64,000 bases of DNA from a virus. The position numbers were made by a program, and so were the translations under genes. Location of the stretch: positions 25,048 through 89,047 of IMG/VR virus record IMGVR_UViG_3300035670_000108; one strand, given 5' to 3'. The notes below the pieces were generated by a model. That model ran no database searches, was not told the origin of the DNA, and was given only the letters and a program-made list of their open reading frames with translations. Below, in pieces: positions 54,122 to 63,862 of the stretch (its first letter is position 1; every line of letters starts with the position of its first letter).

Positions 54122-57100
54122 TGCCTGCGCGCGTCGCACTCTCTTCTGTAGGCCAGAACGGCCAATACGTCGGCACCACCAGGGTGCCGACGCCGACGGC
54201 CTCACCCGGCTCCGCCACCTGCCGCAACTTCAACGGTACCTCCGACCGCCTGGTGCTCGGCCAGGGTACCAGCCTGGGCGCCAACTTCCTCGCGCTGATG
54301 ACCTTCTGGCGTGCGGACGGTTCGGTGCTCGCCGACAACTCCACGGCGGCCCGCCTGTTCACCCAGTATTGCGTCGGCGGCACCCGGGTGGCCGCCGGCC
54401 TCAACCGCAGCTTCCTGTCCCTGACCTACACCGACTCCAGCGGCAACACCGTGACCGTGGAGACGAAGGTGCGCGTGCTCGACACCGCCCGCCACTTCCT
54501 GGCGCTGGAAGTCACAGCCACTGCCATCCGCCTGTTTCTTGATGGGCGCCTGGCGGCCAAGGTGACGGCCACCCTTGCCGCCCCAGACTTGGCCCGCGTG
54601 TGCATCGCTGCCGATGCCAACTCCCGCTTCTTCCGTGGCCAGATTGACGACCTGGCGATCTTCCAGACCTACCCCGGCAAGACCCAGAACTGGCTGCGGT
54701 ACTACCGCGAGCTGGTGCGTGGCAACTTCAGCTGCGACTACCAGGCGACGGCGTTTGGCGCCGGCTACAACGCGGTGACGCTCACCGAGGACGGCTACAG
54801 CGCCAGCGGCTTCACCGTGGCGCCAAGCTCGCGCGTGCCGCTGGCCCATCCGCTGCGTACCGAGGCCGAGCTGGCCCAGCAATTCCTCGAGTTCCGCTTC
54901 AGCGTCGGCGGCAGCGGGACCATGCGCCTGGGGGTGTTCAATACCTCCCACGATCTGGCCGCCGACGACATCGGCGACTCGCCGAACAGCTACGCCTTCA
55001 CCGCTGATGGTATGGTGCTGCACGACAGCGATTCGATCTACGGGTCGGTGCCGGTATGGGGCGAGAACAACATCGTGGCGCTCGGCTGGACGCCGGCCAC
55101 CCGCAAGCTGGCCCTGTGGATCGACGGCGTGCACCAGTGGGAGATCACCCTGCCGGCCGGAACCTGGACGCCGGCTATCTCGCTGGGCGCCCACACCGTG
55201 TTCCTGAACAGCGGGCAGAGCGTCCCCCTCTCCTTGCCCACGGATACGCCGGGCTTGCCGAGCAAGGTGTGGTCGAAGCTGACCACCGAGTTCCGTCAGA
55301 TGAAGCTGGCCGAGGTGAATGCCCCGCTGGACGACGCCGACGAGATCGTGCGCGACGCCTACAGCGACGCCGCCGTCGGCCTGTACACCGCGCCGCTGCC
55401 GCTGGAGCCGGGCTTCACCGTCGATAGCTTCGACTTCTCCCGCCGCGTGGGCGGCGGTATCAGGATCAACTTCGGGCCGTACTCGGCGGCCGACGACGAC
55501 TTCTTCTTCGCCATCGCCTTCTCGCCGGAGGCGGCGGATCTCACCGGCGAGGTGGTGCTGCTGGAGTCGCCCACTAAGTGGGGCTTGCGGATCATCGACG
55601 GGCGCCTCAATGCTTGGGTTGGCGACGTGCAGGTGGGCTCCGTCAACGAGCCGTTCACGCCTGGTGAGCGCTACATCCTCGGCATCACCCGCAGCGGCAC
55701 CGGCAAGCTGCTGGTCTGGACGTACATCGGCTACGTGCTGCAGAGCGGCGACAACACCGTGGCCCAGACCGCCACCGACGTGTGGGTTGGCTCGGCCGCC
55801 GACGGCAGCAAGGCCTTTGCCGGCCGCCTGTCTCACCTGGTGCTCAGCAGCAAGCTGCCGGCCGCCTGGAAGATGAACCGGCTGAAGTCGGTCTACACCT
55901 GGGACCTGCCCGACATCGCCGGCATGATCCCGAACCCGGCCGACGTGCGCCAGGTGTTCGAGCTGTCCTGGCGCGACGTCATCGCCCTGGGTATATCGGC
56001 CACGCCGACCGCCACCCACTGCTATGTCGGCACCGTGGGCAAGCAGCCGGATGCGATCGCCATTGAATACCGACCGGTGGACCGGGAGAACGCCGGCTCC
56101 TTCACCGGCACCGAGATCTCCAGCTGGGCGCCGGTGGGCACCCTGCTGCAATACACCGACAAGGTGACCGACCAGTTCCTGCTGGCCTCGGCCGCGGATC
56201 TCGACACGGTCACGGTAGGCACCGCCCTCCTTGTCGGCGAAGAGATCTGCAAGGTGACGGCCATCAACCTGACCCTGCTGATCGTGACGGTAGAGCGCGC
56301 GTGCGCGGACACCTCGCCGGCCGTGCATGGCGCCGGCAGCCTGGTCTGGTTCTACGATGGCCACCTGGGCTCGGCCCGCAACAACTACGAGGTGCTGGAC
56401 AGCGTCGACGTGAAGATGCTCAGCCGCAGCTCGCTGGCGGAGATGGGTGAGGAGTTCGCGCCGACCGATACCGTCGCCATGCGCGGCCGACTGGCCCGCC
56501 CCTACCCGCCGGCCAACGTCCGGATCAACGAGCAGTATTCTCCCGAGGCTCTCACCGGCACCGTCTACATCCAGTGGAACCACCGTAACAAGGTCGTCCA
56601 AGGCTCGACGCTCACTGGGTGGTATGTGCCTGGGGCCTTCACCGCGCCGGCCGGCGTCACCTACCTGGTGCGCGCGTATAACGCCGACACCGGCGAGCTG
56701 GTGCATGAGTCCTCGGCGATCCCCGGCACCGACACCGACTACAACCTCTACATCCAGAACTACCTCGGCAACCTGCGGGTCGACCTGGTGTCGGTCAGCG
56801 GCGGCGTGGAGTGTCTGTTCATCCCGTCGCTGGAGTTCGCCTACGACGCCGAGGTGACCACGCTGATCACCACCGAGGAAGAGGAGCCGCTCAGCACCGA
56901 AGACGGTGAGGGCGCTATCGAAGCCGAGCGCATGACTCGCCTGCTGGCCAACAGCTTCAGCGGCGAGCTGCCGGACGACTGGGAGGGCTTCGAGGAGGAG
57001 GAAGAGGAGGAAGAGGGTCAGTTCCTGGGCATCCCAATCTCGGAGTTCCCGCCGCTCCCCTTGACCCCCACCGGCGACGAGATTATCCCGGTGGTCATCA

Positions 57101-57603
57101 ACGGCACCAACTACAGCATCACCTTCACCCGCTACCTGGAGTGGCTGCTGGGCAACATCCCCGCCGCGGCCGACGGGAAGGACGCCTACGAGCTGTGGCT
57201 GGAAGAAGGAAATGTCGGCAGTCTGGAGGACTTCTTCGAGGCCTACCGCGGCTACCGCGGCTTGAACTCAAACCAGGCGCGCCGTATCCAGACCATCTCC
57301 TCGGCCAGCGGCGCCATCATCTGCAACTGGGAAAACTACGACGAGATCCGCCTGCGCCTCACCGGCGACGTGATCCTCACCTTCCAGGGGCCGAAGGACG
57401 GGCAGGGCTGCCTGCTGAAGATCACCCAGGACTCTGTGGGCAGCCATGGCGTCACCCTGCCCGCCAGCGTGCGGTACAACAACCTGGTGCAGGGCTACAC
57501 GCCCACACCCACCCCTGGCCTGTCCGATAAGGTCGGTTTCATCTACGATAGTGGCGATGCGACCTACGATTTCGTGACCTTCGTGCCCGGGTTCAGCAGC
57601 TAA
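54121..57603 (+). CDS. multidomain tail fibre/tip protein (LamG/SPRY-like domains plus a tip-like domain)
   Basis: F.G.IDDLAIF LamG-like ends; second EEI...RA..DT.P..H.AG..VWF...RPYPPAN domain; GKDAYELW motif. Confidence 0.75.
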   Translation: MPARVALSSVGQNGQYVGTTRVPTPTASPGSATCRNFNGTSDRLVLGQGTSLGANFLALMTFWRADGSVLADNSTAARLFTQYCVGGTRVAAGLNRSFLSLTYTDSSGNTVTVETKVRVLDTARHFLALEVTATAIRLFLDGRLAAKVTATLAAPDLARVCIAADANSRFFRGQIDDLAIFQTYPGKTQNWLRYYRELVRGNFSCDYQATAFGAGYNAVTLTEDGYSASGFTVAPSSRVPLAHPLRTEAELAQQFLEFRFSVGGSGTMRLGVFNTSHDLAADDIGDSPNSYAFTADGMVLHDSDSIYGSVPVWGENNIVALGWTPATRKLALWIDGVHQWEITLPAGTWTPAISLGAHTVFLNSGQSVPLSLPTDTPGLPSKVWSKLTTEFRQMKLAEVNAPLDDADEIVRDAYSDAAVGLYTAPLPLEPGFTVDSFDFSRRVGGGIRINFGPYSAADDDFFFAIAFSPEAADLTGEVVLLESPTKWGLRIIDGRLNAWVGDVQVGSVNEPFTPGERYILGITRSGTGKLLVWTYIGYVLQSGDNTVAQTATDVWVGSAADGSKAFAGRLSHLVLSSKLPAAWKMNRLKSVYTWDLPDIAGMIPNPADVRQVFELSWRDVIALGISATPTATHCYVGTVGKQPDAIAIEYRPVDRENAGSFTGTEISSWAPVGTLLQYTDKVTDQFLLASAADLDTVTVGTALLVGEEICKVTAINLTLLIVTVERACADTSPAVHGAGSLVWFYDGHLGSARNNYEVLDSVDVKMLSRSSLAEMGEEFAPTDTVAMRGRLARPYPPANVRINEQYSPEALTGTVYIQWNHRNKVVQGSTLTGWYVPGAFTAPAGVTYLVRAYNADTGELVHESSAIPGTDTDYNLYIQNYLGNLRVDLVSVSGGVECLFIPSLEFAYDAEVTTLITTEEEEPLSTEDGEGAIEAERMTRLLANSFSGELPDDWEGFEEEEEEEEGQFLGIPISEFPPLPLTPTGDEIIPVVINGTNYSITFTRYLEWLLGNIPAAADGKDAYELWLEEGNVGSLEDFFEAYRGYRGLNSNQARRIQTISSASGAIICNWENYDEIRLRLTGDVILTFQGPKDGQGCLLKITQDSVGSHGVTLPASVRYNNLVQGYTPTPTPGLSDKVGFIYDSGDATYDFVTFVPGFSS

Positions 57604-57615
57604 AGGGAGAGACAG

Positions 57616-58020
57616 ATGGCAAGCAGCCTGTATGACAAGGGGCGCGAGAAGTTCGCCAAGGCCCAGATCAACTGGGAGACCGACACCGTCAAGGCGGTCC
57701 TGGTCGACACCGGCGCCTATACCTTCAGCCAGACCCACGAGTTCCTGTCCGACGTGGCCGGCGCCGCGCGGATCTCCACCCTGGTGGCGCTGGCCGGCAA
57801 GACGGCAACTGGCGGCGCGTGCGACGCGAACGACCTGACTTTCCCGGCGGTCAGCGGCACGAGCATCGAGGCGATCATCATCTACAAGGAGGGGGCCAGC
57901 GACGCCGCCAGCCCCCTCCTTGCCTTCATCGACACGGCCACCGGCCTGCCGATCACGCCGAACACTGGTGACATCATCGTCAACTGGGACAACGGCGCCA
58001 ACAAGATCTTCAAGCTCTGA
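57616..58020 (+). CDS. small virion/tail protein
   Basis: LY..GREKF....I.W..D..KA.LVD...GLPITPN.GDI...WD.G..KIF family. Confidence 0.7.
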   Translation: MASSLYDKGREKFAKAQINWETDTVKAVLVDTGAYTFSQTHEFLSDVAGAARISTLVALAGKTATGGACDANDLTFPAVSGTSIEAIIIYKEGASDAASPLLAFIDTATGLPITPNTGDIIVNWDNGANKIFKL

Positions 58021-58029
58021 GGCCAGGAC

Positions 58030-59040
58030 ATGCCGAAGACGACGTTCAGCTACGCTCCTGCCTACTACGGCAACCCCTCTAGCGGGGCCGTCGCTCTACC
58101 TGCCCAAAAGGCGGCTATGACCGCCATCCACAACGGGCTGTTGGCGATTGGTTTGACTCAGCTTAGCGACACCGGTCAGCTCGACATCGACGCCATGCCG
58201 GCCATGACTACTTCAGGCTTGACGGAAAACGTGGCCGGGTTCCGACTGTACGAGATGGTTGACGATCTTACGCCAACTCTGCGGGTAATCATCAAGGTAG
58301 AGTTCTGCCGCCCGCCGCTGGGTCACCTCCCACAGCACGCGGAGGTGATGCTGAACATTTCCGTCGGCCACAACACCGACGGTGCCGGGGCTTTCGTGGG
58401 CGGATCGGTGGTCGTCAGCAAGCAGGTGCTGTCAACTTCCAGCTCCATGCAGGCGCGTGCTCCCAGTGTGCAGTCTTTCATGTGTGTTAAAGATCACACC
58501 ATCCTGTTAGCTGTAGGCCTCTCGATAGCGACGGTCAGCACAGTACCCCCAACTCCCATTATCGCCGGTTTTGCCGTGATTGGCCGCACCAGAGATGCAG
58601 ACGGTTTGGCGGACGGCAGAGGGGTGGTAGGGTTTGGTTCGGCGGATGATGCGGCTATAACCATTCTCGACCACAGAATGGTGATGTCACTGTCAGTTCC
58701 CTCTGCCAGCATAGCCGTGAAGAACATCAAAGATTCACCTGGATTGATGGGCGCTTATTTAGCAATGGCTTCAGTAAGTGGTGCTCCACAAGTTCAGTTC
58801 CCTATGGCTGCGGTTCCTCGCATGTATCCGTTTACCCAATTGGGCATGACCCAGGTAGGCGGGGCTCTGTCGGTGGGAGATATAATCGAGTTGAATGTAG
58901 ACGGAGCAGTTAGGCAATACGTTGCTCTTAGCCCATTTAATATTTGGCCAAATGTTATAGGGCGGACAATCAGCATTAATGGACGCCCAGCCGACGACAT
59001 GTTCTTCGACTGCGGTTTCTCCATGCTTTATGAGACCTGA
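58030..59040 (+). CDS. tail fibre / receptor-binding module A1
   Basis: 336 aa, paralogous to 59412..60422; AT-richer 3' half. Confidence 0.65.
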   Translation: MPKTTFSYAPAYYGNPSSGAVALPAQKAAMTAIHNGLLAIGLTQLSDTGQLDIDAMPAMTTSGLTENVAGFRLYEMVDDLTPTLRVIIKVEFCRPPLGHLPQHAEVMLNISVGHNTDGAGAFVGGSVVVSKQVLSTSSSMQARAPSVQSFMCVKDHTILLAVGLSIATVSTVPPTPIIAGFAVIGRTRDADGLADGRGVVGFGSADDAAITILDHRMVMSLSVPSASIAVKNIKDSPGLMGAYLAMASVSGAPQVQFPMAAVPRMYPFTQLGMTQVGGALSVGDIIELNVDGAVRQYVALSPFNIWPNVIGRTISINGRPADDMFFDCGFSMLYET

Positions 59041-59042
59041 CC

Positions 59043-59402
59043 ATGGCCACAGTAACCGGTGTCTGCAGCAGCGAGCCTAGAGCGGCTCTTTGCCCCAAGG
59101 CACAGAACATCCTGTTGCGGAAGGCCTACGTGAAGCCCCCGCGCGGCAACGGCTACATCGCCGGCACCTTCCCGTCCGGTCTGACCCAGGTGGACGGGGT
59201 TCCGACAGCGGCCACGGTGCGCGTCCTGCACCGCCCCTTGTCGGGCGGGTTCGCCGATGGCGTGGTGGTTGCGGAGGTTGAGTCGGCGCCAGACGGCACC
59301 TACCTGGTGGAGGGCCTGGACCCGACGCTGAAGTTCGACGTGGTAGGCCGCAAGGATGGCTACGCTGACGTGATAGTGTCCAACGTGACACCCAAGGTTT
59401 AA
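59043..59402 (+). CDS. tail fibre-associated module B1
   Basis: G.GYIAG...G.T.V.GVP..A.VR...S..DGT; paralogous to the N-terminus of 60422..61675. Confidence 0.65.
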   Translation: MATVTGVCSSEPRAALCPKAQNILLRKAYVKPPRGNGYIAGTFPSGLTQVDGVPTAATVRVLHRPLSGGFADGVVVAEVESAPDGTYLVEGLDPTLKFDVVGRKDGYADVIVSNVTPKV

Positions 59403-59411
59403 GGAGAAGGT

Positions 59412-60422
59412 ATGGCAGCGGTAGCGTGGCAGGAAACTTGTGGGGCGGCCCAGGCCAGCTATCGCCTAATGGCTCAGGCTCTGTTGACCAATATGTTGGC
59501 TGCTGGGTTTGTGCAGACCTCTGACGCCGGTCAGGTAAACCCTTCCACTATTGTCGTGGCCACCGCGAGCGGTTCTGGAGGAACTTTCGGTGACGACTAC
59601 GGTTACCTTATGTTCCGCATGAACGACAGCCTGGCGGCTACCCTGCCGGTATACATAAAGTTCATTTTCGGTTCTTACTTCGTATCTTCTAACACCGTCC
59701 GCCGTTGCGCTGTGCGTATCATCTTCGGATTCGCTACAGACGGCGCTGGCAACTTTACCGGGCCAACTAAGGAAGTTGTATCATCCGGGGTTGCCGGTAC
59801 TTATAGCAACATTGAGTTGGCCGGCCCTCACTCCTCCTGGTGCCACCACAAGGAGGGTCTGGCCGCGTTGTTCGCCTACCGCGCGTACTATCAGACCTCC
59901 AACTCCCCCAACGTCACGATGGTCAACCCGATGGCGTGGTTCGTCGTTGAGCGGACACGCGACAGCTCTGGAAATCCAACAGCCGATGGCATCTACATAT
60001 TCCACCGTGGTATCGCCACTGCGGCTTCCCGGATGGGTGACCAGACCATCGCCTCGCTTAACTATGCAAACGCTTACACTCCTCAGCCGCACACTACTTT
60101 CATGTCTCCGAGCGTTACCGCTGTCTCTAAGTTTGGAGCACTGTGGCTGGGCGAGAATTACACCAACTCTAAAGCAGGGGCGGTACAACTTCAGGACATC
60201 TGGGCTCCGCACAGCGGCGGCACCCCATTCAAGTCGGTGAAACTGTATAAGAACTCTATGGCGGCGGTAGGCGACACTACCAACTTCACTCAGGACGGCG
60301 TAACTAAGCCGTTCATCATGCTGGGCAGTTGGGCGATCGCCAGTGATCTGTATCTCGCGGATGCCTCCGATGGCGTTACGGCGTACCAGACGATCGGCAT
60401 CGCTCTGGAGTGGGCCGCCTGA
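59412..60422 (+). CDS. tail fibre / receptor-binding module A2
   Basis: 336 aa, paralogous to 58030..59040. Confidence 0.65.
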   Translation: MAAVAWQETCGAAQASYRLMAQALLTNMLAAGFVQTSDAGQVNPSTIVVATASGSGGTFGDDYGYLMFRMNDSLAATLPVYIKFIFGSYFVSSNTVRRCAVRIIFGFATDGAGNFTGPTKEVVSSGVAGTYSNIELAGPHSSWCHHKEGLAALFAYRAYYQTSNSPNVTMVNPMAWFVVERTRDSSGNPTADGIYIFHRGIATAASRMGDQTIASLNYANAYTPQPHTTFMSPSVTAVSKFGALWLGENYTNSKAGAVQLQDIWAPHSGGTPFKSVKLYKNSMAAVGDTTNFTQDGVTKPFIMLGSWAIASDLYLADASDGVTAYQTIGIALEWAA

Positions 60423-61675
60423 TGGCCGCCATCACCACAGCCCATCGTCCACTAGGCCGGGTCGACTCTGGCACCCAGGCTCAGCACATGAGCCGGGAAG
60501 GCCCCATATGCCCGCTTGGCCACGGATACCTGGCAGGGGCTGGCGAGGGTGGCGTTACTAAGATCGAGGGCGTACCCGCCAGCGCTGAGGTGAGAATCAT
60601 CGACCGCGCCACCGGGCGCCTGGTAGATAGCTTTGACTCCGAGGCGGACGGCACCTGGCGCCGTGAGCGCCTGGAAATAGGCCGTCAGTTCGACGTTGTG
60701 GTCCGCTCCCCGGGCTACAACGACGGCATCGTCTCTCAGCTGGTCGCGGCCGACGCCCCGCGCCTGACGATCTCAGGCACCTTCCTGCTGTCGGCCGACG
60801 CCTCCCAACTGACCGGCACGCTGACCGTTTCCGGCGGCACTGGCCCCTACTCCGTGGACGTTGTCGAAGGCCTGGCGCCAGTCGGCATCGGTTTCAGCAT
60901 GTCCGGCTCCACCTTGTCCGCCAACGGGCGCGTGCAGCGGGATGGCAGCTACAGCTGGACGCTGAAGGTCACCGACGTGACCAGCGGCCGGTACCAGACC
61001 CGCCAGGTGACCATGACCAACATGGTTTCGCCGGATCTAGCCTGGCCCAGCAACACGAACATCATCCTGCCGAATGCTGCCGACTTCAACGACCAGGTCC
61101 AAGCAGCGCCTTGGTCGGAGTATGAGGGCTACGCGCTGCCGACCATCGACAGTTCGATCAGCGCCATGGGCCGCAGCCTGCGCTTCGTGAGCGCTTCCTC
61201 CCAGTGCCTCGGGTCGCCGAACACCGACCTGACCTTCAGCGCCGCAGCCAACGCCGAGATGACGGTCGAGTTCTGGTTCTACGCCACGGCCAACCTGGGT
61301 GTAACCACCAACATGGTGTCTTTCTACAACACCACCGTTCGCTGGGCCTTCTACTGGTTCAGCGGCAACAAGGTGGCCGCCTACAACCAGACCAACAGCC
61401 GTTACCTAGAAGGCACCACCACCCTTGCGCTCAATACCAGGTACCATTACGCCTGGGTGCGTGACGCCAACGGCGACCGTCTCTATCTGAACGGTAAGTT
61501 GGAAGCGAGCAGCGGGCAGAGGGTTGCCTGCCCGGCCTCTAGGATTATCCTCGGCGGCAGTGGGGTGACCTCCGGCATGCAGTCCTTCGACGGCCTCATT
61601 CAGGGCTTGCGGATCTCTCGCGTGGCCCGCTACCGGAACAACTTCGTCCCGCCGCAGAGCTTGAAGGCGGCGTAA
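60422..61675 (+). CDS. tail fibre module B2 with Ig-like and LamG domains
   Basis: SGGTGPY Ig-like segment; TVEFW...H.A.VR...LYLNG...F.G.I..LRISR.ARY..NF.PP. Confidence 0.75.
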   Translation: MAAITTAHRPLGRVDSGTQAQHMSREGPICPLGHGYLAGAGEGGVTKIEGVPASAEVRIIDRATGRLVDSFDSEADGTWRRERLEIGRQFDVVVRSPGYNDGIVSQLVAADAPRLTISGTFLLSADASQLTGTLTVSGGTGPYSVDVVEGLAPVGIGFSMSGSTLSANGRVQRDGSYSWTLKVTDVTSGRYQTRQVTMTNMVSPDLAWPSNTNIILPNAADFNDQVQAAPWSEYEGYALPTIDSSISAMGRSLRFVSASSQCLGSPNTDLTFSAAANAEMTVEFWFYATANLGVTTNMVSFYNTTVRWAFYWFSGNKVAAYNQTNSRYLEGTTTLALNTRYHYAWVRDANGDRLYLNGKLEASSGQRVACPASRIILGGSGVTSGMQSFDGLIQGLRISRVARYRNNFVPPQSLKAA

Positions 61676-61699
61676 CCAGCGCAAGGAGGGCGCCAGGCC

Positions 61700-62575
61700 A
61701 TGCCGTACACACCGCCGGCCGGCTCCTCGGCAGGGTTCAACTTCCGCCTTGTCTACACCCCGCCCAGCGGCAGCTCGGCCGGCTACGACTTCCGCGAGAA
61801 CCCGGGCTACCAGCCACCCGCTGGCGACGAAGTCGCGCTGATCTTCCGCCCACCGGTGGGCGGTGGCGTCTACGTGCCGCCCGATGGCGACCAGGTGCAG
61901 CTGGAGTTTGCGCCGAGCATCCTACCGCCGGCCGACGCGCAGTACATCTTCCCGGCGGGGATCTCGGCTCCCGATCTGGGCACGCCCAGCGTCTTCCAGC
62001 CGCTGCAGTACATCGCCCCGGTGGGCGTCTACTCCGGCTTCATCGGCGTTCCCACGCTCTACAACTACAGCCGCTACCTGTCGCCGCCGGGGATCTCCCC
62101 GCCGAGCATCCCGGTACCGAGGATCTCCAACTTCATCCGCAACCTGCAGCCGGCCGGCATCGCTCCGCCGGCTATGGGCGTGCCGACCGTGGTGCTGTTC
62201 AACCGGTTCATTTATCCGGTCGGTATCAACGGCGGCGGCATCGGCACGCCTACCGTTCAGCTGAAAAATCGCACCATCGCACCTGGTGGTATTGCCCCGC
62301 CGGGCATGGGCACGCCGACGGTGCAGAACGCCGCCCAGTCCTTCCGCCCGACCGGAATTGCCCCGCCACCCCTTGGCTTCCCGACGATTGGCATGGGCCG
62401 CCGCTTCCTCGCTCCAGTGGGCATCGCGCCACCTGCCATGGGGCTTCCGTGGGTTTCGCTGAAGACCCGCTACCTGCAGGTGCCCGGCTTTGTGGCCACC
62501 GAATACGGCAAGCCTTGGGTCAAATGGGAGGATGACGCTAAACTCACCAACTACGCGCTCTTACTGACTATGTAA
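61700..62575 (+). CDS. Pro-rich repetitive virion protein
   Basis: Y.PP.G repeats followed by about 22-aa P.GI.PP..G.P.V repeats. Confidence 0.7.
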   Translation: MPYTPPAGSSAGFNFRLVYTPPSGSSAGYDFRENPGYQPPAGDEVALIFRPPVGGGVYVPPDGDQVQLEFAPSILPPADAQYIFPAGISAPDLGTPSVFQPLQYIAPVGVYSGFIGVPTLYNYSRYLSPPGISPPSIPVPRISNFIRNLQPAGIAPPAMGVPTVVLFNRFIYPVGINGGGIGTPTVQLKNRTIAPGGIAPPGMGTPTVQNAAQSFRPTGIAPPPLGFPTIGMGRRFLAPVGIAPPAMGLPWVSLKTRYLQVPGFVATEYGKPWVKWEDDAKLTNYALLLTM

Positions 62576-62725
62576 ACGACGGGCTCAGTTCCTACTCAAT
62601 AACTGCCCCTCACCGCGGTCACTTTCCTTCAAGGGATCGAGAGGGCTGATACAATGTTGGCAAAACAACAGCACCACGCTACGAACATCGTTAACTTTCG
62701 GTCGGCAAGGGAAAGGAGAGTTCTT

Positions 62726-63142
62726 ATGCACGGAGCGCCCGTTGCAACCACGGAAGATCAGGAGGCCCCCGTGCCGGCAGCTACCAACCCCGAAGATCGC
62801 GTCAGTCACTGGATCAACAAAGGCTTCCTGGCCTTGGTCGCAACGGGCGCCACACTGCTCCTTGCCTTCGGCGGCTGGATCATCTCCAGTCTCAACGAGA
62901 TCAACACTTCCACCCGCGTCGTCGCTGTCGAGTTCGCCGCCACCAAGCAGGACATAGGCGAGCTGAAAAGCTCAGTCGACAGCCTCCGGCTCAGAGGCGA
63001 AAGCTGGGCCACCAAGGACTCCTTGAACGCCTCGAAAGAGGTCATCCTCGACCAGATCTCCAAGCTGAAAGACCAGGTCAACGTACTCGAGTTGCGGGTC
63101 CAGCGGCTGGAGCCTCTCCCTCCCTCACCGCGCACCCGTTAA
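62726..63142 (+). CDS. single-TM coiled-coil protein (holin/antiholin-like)
   Basis: AAGGAG RBS; one TM; lies upstream of the lysin. Confidence 0.5.
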   Translation: MHGAPVATTEDQEAPVPAATNPEDRVSHWINKGFLALVATGATLLLAFGGWIISSLNEINTSTRVVAVEFAATKQDIGELKSSVDSLRLRGESWATKDSLNASKEVILDQISKLKDQVNVLELRVQRLEPLPPSPRTR

Positions 63143-63154
63143 GGAGATCGCACC

Positions 63155-63862
63155 ATGGCAAAGGAACCGCCAATCGGCGTCCGGCTGAACAACCCTGGCA
63201 ACCTGCTCTGGGGCTCGCCCTGGGAAGGGTTGGTACCGCGCGAGCAGTCGCGGTACTACAAGTCCGGCACAGCGCAACAGCAGCGCTTCTGCCAATTCAA
63301 GGACGCAGCCAGCGGCATTCGCGCCATCGCCCGCACCTTGATCACCTACGCCGATAAGCGTGTGGCCGCCGACGGCTCTGCCATCGACACGGTGCGCGAA
63401 GTGATCCATCGCTGGGCGCCTCCCAACGAGAACGACACCGGGGCTTACGCCCGCGCCGTGGCTCGCCATCTCGGCCTGGAGCCGGGCGAAGTGATCGACG
63501 TGAAGGACTACGACACCATGAAGGGCCTGGTCGTAGGCATAATCGCGCACGAAAACGCCGGCTACGCCTACCCTGACGCGGTGATCGAGGAGGGCCTGCG
63601 CCGCGCGGGCATGGTCCGCAAGGTGAAGACGGCGCCGGTACCGGCGAACGCCTCCACCATCGCAGGCGCAGCTGCACCAGCCGCCAGCGGCATCGCCCTC
63701 CTTGCACCTCTGGCCCAGCCTCTGGCTGAGACCCTGCGCGACCAGCAGGAGAACCTCACCAGCGGCCAGTGGCTGCGCGTGAGCATCGCCGTGGTGCTGG
63801 TGGTGAGCGCCCTGGTGGTGGTCTACAGCCAGATCCGGAAACGGCAGGCTGGTGCCGCGTGA
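63155..63862 (+). CDS. putative endolysin (NNPGN lysozyme-like family) with a C-terminal TM
   Basis: GVRLNNPGNL...F.....GIRA...RWAPP.ENDT.AY...I..HEN. Confidence 0.7.
   Translation: MAKEPPIGVRLNNPGNLLWGSPWEGLVPREQSRYYKSGTAQQQRFCQFKDAASGIRAIARTLITYADKRVAADGSAIDTVREVIHRWAPPNENDTGAYARAVARHLGLEPGEVIDVKDYDTMKGLVVGIIAHENAGYAYPDAVIEEGLRRAGMVRKVKTAPVPANASTIAGAAAPAASGIALLAPLAQPLAETLRDQQENLTSGQWLRVSIAVVLVVSALVVVYSQIRKRQAGAA

Noticed and set aside
50600-56706. Long minus-strand ORFs (1201 aa and 834 aa; likewise 28239..29687, 31573..33165, 42362..44431)
   Set aside because: They are antisense shadows of well-supported plus-strand genes, expected from GC-rich codon bias, and show no protein motifs.
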